This document shows, in pieces, positions 1 through 7,495 of a stretch of DNA of 64,000 bases. Positions within the stretch are counted from its first letter, which is position 1. Every line of letters starts with the position of its first letter. The DNA lies in the NCBI GenBank assembly GCA_965242525.1, contig OZ251459.1:2240001-2304000 (forward strand), read 5' to 3'. The notes beneath the pieces were generated by a model that was not told where the DNA came from, did no database searches, and was given only the letters and a program-made list of their open reading frames with translations. The DNA comes from an uncultured Candidatus Binatia bacterium (lineage in GTDB: Bacteria > Desulfobacterota > Binatia > UBA9968 > JAJDTQ01). Both the position numbers and the translations under genes were made by a program.

Positions 1-756
1 GCGTTTGCGGGCCATGTGGGAGGTTCGGGCCTTTGTGGAGGGGTCGGGGCCTTGGAGTACCAGCCCAGGGACCGGGAGTCGGCCTATGGTTTCGTGCAGC
101 GGACCCTGGTGAGTTTCGGCTACCATCGTCTGGGGCGGGCGGATCGGGGGCTGCTTCGGCGCTACATCGGCAAGGTATGCGGGTTCTCCGCTTCGCAGAT
201 CACCCGGCTCATCCGGCAGCAGGTCCGGACCGGGGTGGTGGAGGATCGGCGGGGGCGGAACAGCGGGCGTCAGTTCCAGCGGCGCTACGGCTTCGAGGAC
301 ATCCGTCTCCTGGCGGAAGTGGACGAGGCTTTCGGGCAGATGTCCGGGCTGGCCACCTGCGAGATCTTGCGGCGAGAGTATCGAGTACACGGCGACTCCC
401 GCTTTGTTCGGCTGGCCAGCCTCTCGCGTTCCCATCTCTACAACCTGCGCCGGTCCCGGACCTACCAGACCAAGCGCAGGGTGTGGAGCAAGACGCGAGG
501 GAACGGGGCGGCCATCGCCGTGCGCAAGGCCCCGGAACCCAACAGCCGACCGGGATATATTCGGGTGGATACCGTCCACCAGGGCGATCAGGACGGTCGC
601 AAGGGGGTTTACCTCATCAACCTGGTGGACCAGGTGACGCAGTACGAGTACGTGGGCGCGGTGGCAGGCATCTCCGAGCGCTTCCTGGTCCCCACCCTGG
701 AAGCGCTGCTATGGCTGTTCCCCTTCGTCATCCGAGGCTTCCATGCCGACAACGGG
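1..756 (+). mobile_element. Truncated DDE integrase-core transposase (IS481/ISNCY-like); runs in from the window edge and breaks after the second catalytic Asp
   Basis: ORF 16.. has PGYIRVDTVHQGD...YLINLVDQVTQ...FPFVIRGFHADNG, an rve-type core. The frame loses similarity right after DNG. Confidence 0.8.
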
Positions 757-1000
757 CAAGGCTTGGCTGGCGTGGTATCGCTCGGCCATCCGTTGCTGCC
801 TGGAACCGGTCAAGCGTGTGGCCCGCATGGTTCGGAAGCACCTGGAAGGAATCCTTACTGCGGTGGTCCAGCGAATAACCAACGCCTGGGCCGAAGGGGT
901 CAACTCCAGCATCCAGTGGGTGAAGTACCGTGCCCGCGGCTACCGCAACCGTCAACGCTTCCGGGACGCCATCTACTTCCATTCTTGGATATCTACCCCA
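755..1000 (+). mobile_element. ISL3-family transposase C-terminal remnant
   Basis: Frame of ORF 743: WYRSAIRCCLEPVKRVARMVRKHLEGIL...ITNAWAEGVNSSIQWVKYRARGYRNRQRFRDAIYFH, followed by LDIYP in another frame. This is the typical ISL3 C-terminus. Confidence 0.85.
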
Positions 1001-1032
1001 ATGGCGTCGCACGAAGAACACTTAGACCATGG

Positions 1033-1992
1033 CTACCGTGCACTTCCTACACATACCACACCAGGTTCGCCACTTCGACCCGTACCGACTCTGCATGTGC
1101 CAGCAGCCGTCGACGATGTTCCCCTCTCACAAGTCCTAATCGCGTCGGTTTCGGCTTCCCGCCTTGTTCTACCGAAACCTCCGCCCATGGCCGGGGTGCG
1201 GCAGGTCGATGATGAGCATTCAGATACTGCGACCGCACCGCAGTAGTCAGTATACCCACCCAATAACCTTGTACCACAACGACTACCAAGGATTCTTTCA
1301 CAGTCTGTCCTTGCGTCTCTTTCAGCCGCCGAGGCGCTCTCCCCGGTCCCGAATGCCCAAGCCCAACTGCTAGATCCTGTACCAGAGGTTGTACCAGAGT
1401 AAAGAGCGCTATACTGGGTTGGAGGTGGAGGTGGTGGCGGAGTTGGAGGTAGTGGCGTTGGAATTGGAAGTGGTGGCGGAGTTGGAGATGGTGGCGTTGG
1501 AGTTAGAGATGAACAGACAAGATCGACGCTTCTACGGATCGTTCCCGACTCTGGACAAGTGGCGCAACAGCCAGTACAGGTTTGCTCGCCATCAATCCCC
1601 CTGCCCCAATACGTGCTGAGCCGGCGGGAGGAGCGAGGAGTGGCACCGTAGCAGATCTGCTGGCCGCTCGCGCAAGGAAGTCTTGTAAAGTCCTCTCTTC
1701 CAAAACCATCAGTAACATATACTCGGCCGCTTGCTGACGGCCAAACTCTGTTAGGTGAGTATACGCCCCGCACATACTGGAAAAAACGGAACTGGATGTT
1801 TTCACCGTCGGCGCATTGATCTGATAACGTCCACAATACTTCTGATCGACTTGGAGTAATGGGAATCTCCGGCCCAGGTGTCCGTCTCGGCGTAACGATT
1901 TCGCCTTCTCCTCCGCAGGCCGACACCCCCAAGACCAAGAGGGACATCATGATGGTAGCAAGGGCGTTCTTGTGTAGCATTATATTCCTCAT
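1033..1992 (-). CDS. Lipoprotein: Cys-rich N-domain, Pro/Thr linker, C-terminal DUF4189-like domain
   Basis: Lipobox LGVSA-C; ICYGA...YWGRG...CTGCCATC; PTPPP linker; YSALY...AERDARTDC...CGAVAV...TRREAETDAIRTC. Confidence 0.75.
   Translation of the reverse strand: MRNIMLHKNALATIMMSLLVLGVSACGGEGEIVTPRRTPGPEIPITPSRSEVLWTLSDQCADGENIQFRFFQYVRGVYSPNRVWPSASGRVYVTDGFGREDFTRLPCASGQQICYGATPRSSRRLSTYWGRGIDGEQTCTGCCATCPESGTIRRSVDLVCSSLTPTPPSPTPPPLPIPTPLPPTPPPPPPPTQYSALYSGTTSGTGSSSWAWAFGTGESASAAERDARTDCERILGSRCGTRLLGGYTDYCGAVAVSECSSSTCRTPAMGGGFGRTRREAETDAIRTCERGTSSTAAGTCRVGTGRSGEPGVVCVGSAR
1431..1508. repeat. Two imperfect 39-bp tandem repeats encoding the Pro/Thr linker
   Basis: gtggtggcggagttggag(g/a)t(a/g)gtggcgttgga... 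at 1431 and 1470. Confidence 0.8.
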
Positions 1993-2024
1993 CTCTTTTC
2001 CGGTGGCATTCTATGTCCAAAAGG

Positions 2025-3431
2025 TCAGAGCACACGAGAAATATTGACGCTCAGGGTACGGGCGGTGTCCAGATCAGGATTGTACAACAACCGGAACGTA
2101 ACCCGTTCGGACAAGGTGCCTCTACCAATGGTAACGGTCGAAGGTTCGTCGACGTAGTCGACTCCGGCCACCGCCGGGTTGTCGCCGCTTCCCGGGGCGA
2201 GGCGAACGGTAAACCGCACGTCCTCGGATGCCGACGTGGACAACGAGACTTCTAACTTGATCTCCCCTCCGGTCGAAACGGACGATTGGATGAATCGCAC
2301 AGAAACGCCATCGACTTGCCCTGCTGGTAGCGCGACACGCTCAATTTTGCGTTCGATAATTTCCAGCCGCTCCACGTTCTCCACCGGACGCCACACGTCC
2401 GCGGTAGCCTGCGAACCCCCCGCGACTCCCAGCCATTCCCAGCGCGGCGCCTTGCGCTGCGGTACGCCCCCGAAAGGGATCCGCAACGCCGCGGTGATCG
2501 AGCCCGAATCGTCGGCAGAGCCGATCCCCGCAAACCCTCCCCGCAGGCGCAGCCACGGGTGCGGACGCCAACCCAGGCCGATGCGACCGTCCGTTTCCCG
2601 CCTGCCCGGGCGGCTCGTCTCCCATTCCGCCACCGACGCATCCAGCGATATCGTCGTGGTCAGGTTCAGCCGCGCCCCCAGCCGCGTACCCCCGCGGGGG
2701 CGCTCCACGTAGCCGAACCGACTCGGTTGCCAATCCGTGGCAGGAACGAACTGCTGGAGCCAGGCCCGGCCCCACCGCCCGGCATAGTCGATGCCGGCCA
2801 CCACCCGCCGATGGCCCCGCTCCACGTTCTCCTGCACCAGGGTCGAAAGGCCGAACACGTTCGCCCCGGGTTCCCCCCACAGCGAGAAGCGGTACGCGGC
2901 GCCGTAGCGCAGGTCGTTGCGCCGCCGCCCCCGGCTGTCGGTCCAGCGCGTGGCCCCCTGCTGGAAGAAGAACGCCCCGGTATTCACCACCGCAGGACCG
3001 CTGCCCGGTTTCGCGCTGAACGACGCCACCGGCAGGACCGTGTCCATGTTGCCGTTGAGACCTTCGCCGTAGGGCGACCAGGACAGGCTCTGGACGAAGC
3101 GGAAGTTGGGACCGAACAGGGCCCGGCCCCGCTCGTTCACGAAACTCGACGTCTGTTCCACCACCAGGTCACCGAGGTGGCCGGACAGGCAGCGCCAGCC
3201 GGAACGGGTGGATTGCTCGAAGTCGTTCCCGCAGTAGATGGCTCCGTTCAACCACGAAGGAAACGCATGCCGGTCCACCGGGGTATCCGGCGTGGCGGAA
3301 GATCTACCGTCCACTGCGTGGACCGTTCCACCCAATGCCAGGACGAGGCAACCGGCGACCGCCAAGGTCACGGCAAAACGACGGAAGGCCAGCACGAAAC
3401 TTCGGTTTGGAGAGACGGAAACGAATATCAT
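2025..3431 (-). CDS. Inverse autotransporter (invasin/intimin-type beta-barrel) with a C-terminal Calx-beta-like domain
   Basis: Signal peptide; amphipathic beta-strands (FFFQQG...NDLRYGAAYRF...GHRRVVAGIDY); linker WRPVENVERLEIIER; C-terminal VRFTVRL...AVAGVDYV...TVTIGRG. Confidence 0.65.
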   Translation of the reverse strand: MIFVSVSPNRSFVLAFRRFAVTLAVAGCLVLALGGTVHAVDGRSSATPDTPVDRHAFPSWLNGAIYCGNDFEQSTRSGWRCLSGHLGDLVVEQTSSFVNERGRALFGPNFRFVQSLSWSPYGEGLNGNMDTVLPVASFSAKPGSGPAVVNTGAFFFQQGATRWTDSRGRRRNDLRYGAAYRFSLWGEPGANVFGLSTLVQENVERGHRRVVAGIDYAGRWGRAWLQQFVPATDWQPSRFGYVERPRGGTRLGARLNLTTTISLDASVAEWETSRPGRRETDGRIGLGWRPHPWLRLRGGFAGIGSADDSGSITAALRIPFGGVPQRKAPRWEWLGVAGGSQATADVWRPVENVERLEIIERKIERVALPAGQVDGVSVRFIQSSVSTGGEIKLEVSLSTSASEDVRFTVRLAPGSGDNPAVAGVDYVDEPSTVTIGRGTLSERVTFRLLYNPDLDTARTLSVNISRVL

Positions 3432-3499
3432 GCGGTCCTCCTCAGACGGGACGTTGTTGGAAATTTCCTTCGCTCACAGAAAAGGCAACCGGTGACGAA

Positions 3500-3793
3500 C
3501 TATTGTAGAACGAAGAACTGTCCTGAATCGTTCTCGCAGTGGAAAACCGGTTTGAAACCGCCTTCCAGAGGACGGCAGTTGCTAGTGGAGCGGAGTTGCC
3601 GGTCGCTGGCATGGGGTCTGTGCCAACCGTTAAGCCAGAACTTCCAGAAGCTGCCGCTCGCCGTTGACCCTGGCGCGAAGCTCGGAACCGAAACTTGTTG
3701 GCTGTGTCCGTTTGGTTTTTGAAGATTGGAACATCCGCCAAGCACCATCACCAGTGCCGCCACCGAGACAACATAAAACAACGACCGTATCAT
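3500..3793 (-). CDS. Small hypothetical lipoprotein
   Basis: Hydrophobic signal with VLGG-C lipobox; 9 bp from the upstream gene. Confidence 0.55.
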   Translation of the reverse strand: MIRSLFYVVSVAALVMVLGGCSNLQKPNGHSQQVSVPSFAPGSTASGSFWKFWLNGWHRPHASDRQLRSTSNCRPLEGGFKPVFHCENDSGQFFVLQ

Positions 3794-3802
3794 TCCAGCT
3801 CC

Positions 3803-4666
3803 CTATATCGACTCCAAGTTCGCCAATGCGTCCATGGTTAGTGCGGCCAAAATACGTCCCATCCGCTCAAAATCAGGACTTTGAGTTACCTGAACGTATC
3901 CGCCGGAGACAGCCTTCCAAGTCTGTCTTCCCTCATACTCGGGCGTCGCTTCGTGAAAGAAGTTCGCCTTGACTTGTCCTGACTTCACATGGATGATCGA
4001 AACATGAAGGAATGCAGGGGTTTTCGAGTCCTCGAAAGGCGAAACCGCGATCTGAATCAAGAGGTCGGCACGGCCCATCAACGCGCTGGTTTCGACAAAT
4101 TGTCGATCCTCGGTACTTCGCGCCGGCTCGACAAGAGACTGTTCGGCAGCCGTCAACCGCATGATGGCGGCACGGTCGATCACGGTTGCACCTGCCTCGA
4201 TCAGCGGACGCAGGAAACCGGACTGGAACCTGAACCCGGACTTTCCCGACAACGTCTGTGGACGCACATGGTCTTGCCGTTTCTCAATGCTGACTGTCCA
4301 TTCCCCTCTTTCGTGAGAGAGTCCGCTGGCATCCCCGGCTTGGCCAACGCGATTTCCCTTGAAAACGAGCCTGCTTTCCGCTTCCATTTCGCGCAAACGG
4401 TCATCGAAAACGCGATTCCAGAATACGGCCAAACGCGGTGCTCCAGCCCGTCGGTAAGCGCGCTGAAACGCCAATCGTGCCTCCGCCGACGGGATTTCGG
4501 CACCTCGATCATCATCCGCGTTCCCATCGGGGACCAACACCTTCGGCGTATTCGCCCGGTAGATGTCGTGGGTTTCTTCCGCCCATGCCCCCATGCCAAC
4601 CACTGCGTGGAAGACAAAGGCGCCCGAAAGCACAAGTGCCGTACATGGGACGAGACGCGGCATCAT
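3803..4666 (-). CDS. Secreted hypothetical protein, possible CsgG/LpoB-like fold
   Basis: Signal peptide; AYRRAGAPRLAVFWNR; TVIDRAAIMRL...ADLLIQIAV; overlaps the upstream stop (ATGA). Confidence 0.7.
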   Translation of the reverse strand: MMPRLVPCTALVLSGAFVFHAVVGMGAWAEETHDIYRANTPKVLVPDGNADDDRGAEIPSAEARLAFQRAYRRAGAPRLAVFWNRVFDDRLREMEAESRLVFKGNRVGQAGDASGLSHERGEWTVSIEKRQDHVRPQTLSGKSGFRFQSGFLRPLIEAGATVIDRAAIMRLTAAEQSLVEPARSTEDRQFVETSALMGRADLLIQIAVSPFEDSKTPAFLHVSIIHVKSGQVKANFFHEATPEYEGRQTWKAVSGGYVQVTQSPDFERMGRILAALTMDALANLESI

Positions 4667-5148
4667 CGGCCTTCCCGAAGCTCGATCAGATAGCTGGATA
4701 CGTCCATGCCTGACGTGGAGCGTGTCGAATAGCTTGCGAACGCCCGTACCGGAAGGTGAACCCGGCTCCAGGCCGTCACCGGTTCGGCATCGACCTGTCG
4801 AGCGTCGAGAAAGAGGGTGCGCCCTTCCACCTGCAAGGGGTAGTCGGTACAGTTCACCAGACGGGCAAAGACCTCGACGTCTCCGCTTGGAAGCCTTCTG
4901 GCGTTCGTCATCTGCACCATCACCTTATTGGTGATCGTGAGGTCCGTAATGTTGACTGCATTGAGTGGCATGGGCGTGACCGACCCCGGAACCTGAGAAA
5001 CCAGCACCGGCCCCTGGGTTGGAACAGGGTCTTGCATGGCGCGGAAATCACATTGCGGCATCGGCGGCACGTACGAGCAGGCTGTCAAGGCGAGCACCAG
5101 TAGAACCAGGGGCAAGACATGCGATCCGGTGGTTTCTTTCTTCCTCAT
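4663..5148 (-). CDS. YcfL (DUF1425)-like lipoprotein
   Basis: AGGAGG RBS before ATG 5148; lipobox ALTA-C; LVNCTDYPLQVEGRTLFLD...EPVTAWSRVHL...SYLIELRE. Confidence 0.75.
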   Translation of the reverse strand: MRKKETTGSHVLPLVLLVLALTACSYVPPMPQCDFRAMQDPVPTQGPVLVSQVPGSVTPMPLNAVNITDLTITNKVMVQMTNARRLPSGDVEVFARLVNCTDYPLQVEGRTLFLDARQVDAEPVTAWSRVHLPVRAFASYSTRSTSGMDVSSYLIELREGR

Positions 5149-5203
5149 ATGCCCTTGGCCTCCTGTCCGGCTAAACATCGGCGCAGTCCGTTCCCACACC
5201 TGC

Positions 5204-6403
5204 CTATTCGTCGGATTGCGACCGTACCCAGAGAACCTTGCAGGACTCGTCACCGCCATAATGATAATGCGTTGGCGGAGTATCATCGCCAAAGTCTGCT
5301 GCAGGCCGGGTAGTAGAGTCGTCGTTACGATGATAGGTGCCATACGCCACTTTCTCCGGCAGATTGTCCCACTGGCGGGTATCGGCGGCGGTTTGAGTGG
5401 CGCTGGACGCCATTGACGAGGCAATCGAGAACACACTGCCCAAAATCCCTACTCCGCTCATGACTTGAGCAGTGTCTAAATCGCCCATTTGCATGGCAGT
5501 AGTGGAGGCCATCGTGGCCCCCATTGCTACCGCTGCACTGGTGTCCGCCGCCTCTGCGGCCGATTCCTTGAACTTCGCCTTATTCTCCAAAACGTCGGCA
5601 AACTGCCGCCGGCCCCGATCCATTGCCTGCTGGAGAATGCTCTCCCGGTTCCCCAGCAACTTGAAGCCATCGTTCAGGCGGACACGAGCATACCCCGGAC
5701 CTTGTTTCGCATTGCCCTTGATCTCCAAGAGTTCTCCGTGGTCCCCCGCCAGGTACTTGACCGGCGAATAACCAAGTTCGGCCAAGACCAGCAAGTTGTC
5801 CGTTGCTCCGGGAACGACCAGACCGGAGGCATGCTCCCTGGCCGAAGCGTAGGATTCCCGAGCTAAATCATCGTTGCCGTTGCAATGCGAAGCCCAACCC
5901 TCCAGGAACTCCAGCAACGCGAAGTCTTGCTGATATTCCTCCTTCTCTGCCAAGGTGTCCTGGAGACTTCCTGACCTGAAACTGGCGCGGGCGTTTTCGT
6001 AGTCGCCCTCCATCAGATACAGAACTCCCCGGTAGTAGAAAGCCATGGCGCGTTCGTAGGGCTCGCCGCGGAATACCTTTCTGTCCTCCGCGGTAAACAG
6101 GGCGCGGGCTTGCTTGGCCTTTTCGTCGCCCCCGTAGATCGTCTCGATGGTCAGCAATGCTTCATCGAACGTCTTCGAAGCGAGAGAGTTGTAGCCAAAC
6201 TCCATTGCCGTCAAGCCGGCACGCAAGCGATTCAGTACTTGGTTGCGTTCGCCTTCCAGAACGACCTTCCGGAATGCCGGATGGAGTTCCTTTGGTTTGC
6301 CTTCGAGATAGCCGGCCACTTGGCCCTGATTGGCAGTAGAGCACCCTGAAAGCACAAGAAGAACAAGGAGTAACCATACGGAAGCTGTCCATTTCATCTT
6401 CAT
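5204..6403 (-). CDS. TPR-containing lipoprotein (COG3014-like)
   Basis: Lipobox VLSG-C; FRGEPYERAMAFYYRGVLYLMEGDYENARASFR; C-terminal ADTRQWDNLP. Confidence 0.8.
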   Translation of the reverse strand: MKMKWTASVWLLLVLLVLSGCSTANQGQVAGYLEGKPKELHPAFRKVVLEGERNQVLNRLRAGLTAMEFGYNSLASKTFDEALLTIETIYGGDEKAKQARALFTAEDRKVFRGEPYERAMAFYYRGVLYLMEGDYENARASFRSGSLQDTLAEKEEYQQDFALLEFLEGWASHCNGNDDLARESYASAREHASGLVVPGATDNLLVLAELGYSPVKYLAGDHGELLEIKGNAKQGPGYARVRLNDGFKLLGNRESILQQAMDRGRRQFADVLENKAKFKESAAEAADTSAAVAMGATMASTTAMQMGDLDTAQVMSGVGILGSVFSIASSMASSATQTAADTRQWDNLPEKVAYGTYHRNDDSTTRPAADFGDDTPPTHYHYGGDESCKVLWVRSQSDE

Positions 6404-6450
6404 GTGTTCATACCTCGTTTCGTGGCTTGCGTTTGCCTTCCCGTTTCGTT

Positions 6451-7191
6451 CTATCTGTAGATGACGTCATCTTGCCCTGCTTTCTTGAAGCTGTATCGAT
6501 TTGTCCAAACGACGATGCCGCTTTCCAGGTCCGTCATACGGAAGACGATCTGCATGTAACGCTCTACAACGCCGCCTGACGTGCGGGCGTCAAGCGAGGT
6601 AATCCGTCCGTTGAGGCGGTAATCGGCCCCTGCTACGGCTTTCGTTAGCTTGGTCGTACCGACATCCGTCATGCCGGTCCGCTTGAGACTGCGTTCCTTG
6701 GCGACCATGTCGGCGTGCTCACGATCGACGAACAGTATCCGACCATTGGCGGCAATTTGAAGCTGGGTCCCCAACTGGTCGATGAGGATGTTCTTGTTCA
6801 ACCTTTGAGAGCTTTGATTCTCGAAATAGGCAGCATCGACGATCACCCGGGGCGGTTGGGCGGCGCTGCCGAGTACCGGATTGGCGAGCATGTGGCGGAC
6901 CATCTTGTCCACCATGCTGACGATGTCCTGGGATTCTATGCCGGTACCCCTGACCAACCCGGACGTCGCAACATCCTGGTAAGCGGTGGGGGTACCCGGA
7001 GCATTTTCCACGCCGGTCGAGCAACCGGCGACAAGAACTGAACAGGCTATGGTTAGTGAGGAAATGGAGCGGAAGAAAACTGCACTGTAGCGGTTATCGG
7101 GTCGTAATCTGGAACCCGCGTATAACGCGTTTCTCAGCTTGCGGGGGGGGGGGGGGGGGGGGGGGGGGGGCTTTTTGTCCAAATTCGACAT
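6451..7191 (-). CDS. lpoB: LpoB-like (PBP activator/CsgG-fold) lipoprotein; start uncertain, poly-C tract in the 5' coding region
   Basis: LVAG-C lipobox; GTGIESQDIVSMVDKMV...FENQSSQRLN...GADYRLNGRITS...MTDLESGIVVWT; ATG 7191 preceded by AAGGA. Confidence 0.7.
   Translation of the reverse strand: MSNLDKKPPPPPPPPPRKLRNALYAGSRLRPDNRYSAVFFRSISSLTIACSVLVAGCSTGVENAPGTPTAYQDVATSGLVRGTGIESQDIVSMVDKMVRHMLANPVLGSAAQPPRVIVDAAYFENQSSQRLNKNILIDQLGTQLQIAANGRILFVDREHADMVAKERSLKRTGMTDVGTTKLTKAVAGADYRLNGRITSLDARTSGGVVERYMQIVFRMTDLESGIVVWTNRYSFKKAGQDDVIYR
7143..7170. repeat. G28 homopolymer
   Basis: 28 consecutive G on the plus strand (C28 on the coding strand). Confidence 0.9.
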
Positions 7192-7245
7192 AGGTGATCC
7201 TTGTTCTTTCAGGTTGTGCACTGAACCTTACCTCTGGAAAGAGCT

Positions 7246-7275
7246 AATCTAGGCACACTATGTTGTCCATGTCAA
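7246..7275 (-). promoter_or_regulatory. Putative sigma70 promoter of the island operon
   Basis: TTGACA-N18-TAGATT on the minus strand in an AT-rich intergenic region. Confidence 0.55.
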
Positions 7276-7283
7276 GGCTTTTT

Positions 7284-7297
7284 TTGACCTGGGTCAA
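7284..7297. promoter_or_regulatory. Palindrome TTGAC-N4-GTCAA (CRP/FNR-family-like box)
   Basis: ttgacctgggtcaa just upstream of the -35 element. Confidence 0.4.
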
Positions 7298-7410
7298 GGC
7301 GCAGCAAAGTTCAACAAAATTAAAGGGTTAGGAGAGCGTGGACTCCGAGAGCCTGTCCGGGGAAGCAGGACGGACACCTTGGAAACACGGAAAGTTTCCA
7401 CAAGAATGCC

Positions 7411-7490
7411 TGGATTCCCGCTTTCGCGGGAATGACGAGGAGGGCCTTCGCGGGAATGACGAGGAGGGCCTTCGCGGGGATGACAAGGGC
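7411..7490. repeat. dRS3-like palindromic element (ATTCCC-N8-GGGAAT) with three 24-bp tandem units
   Basis: attcccgctttcgcgggaat at 7414-7433; ttcgcgggaatgacgaggagggcc at 7423 and 7447, degenerate at 7471. Confidence 0.85.
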
Positions 7491-7495
7491 AGGCA

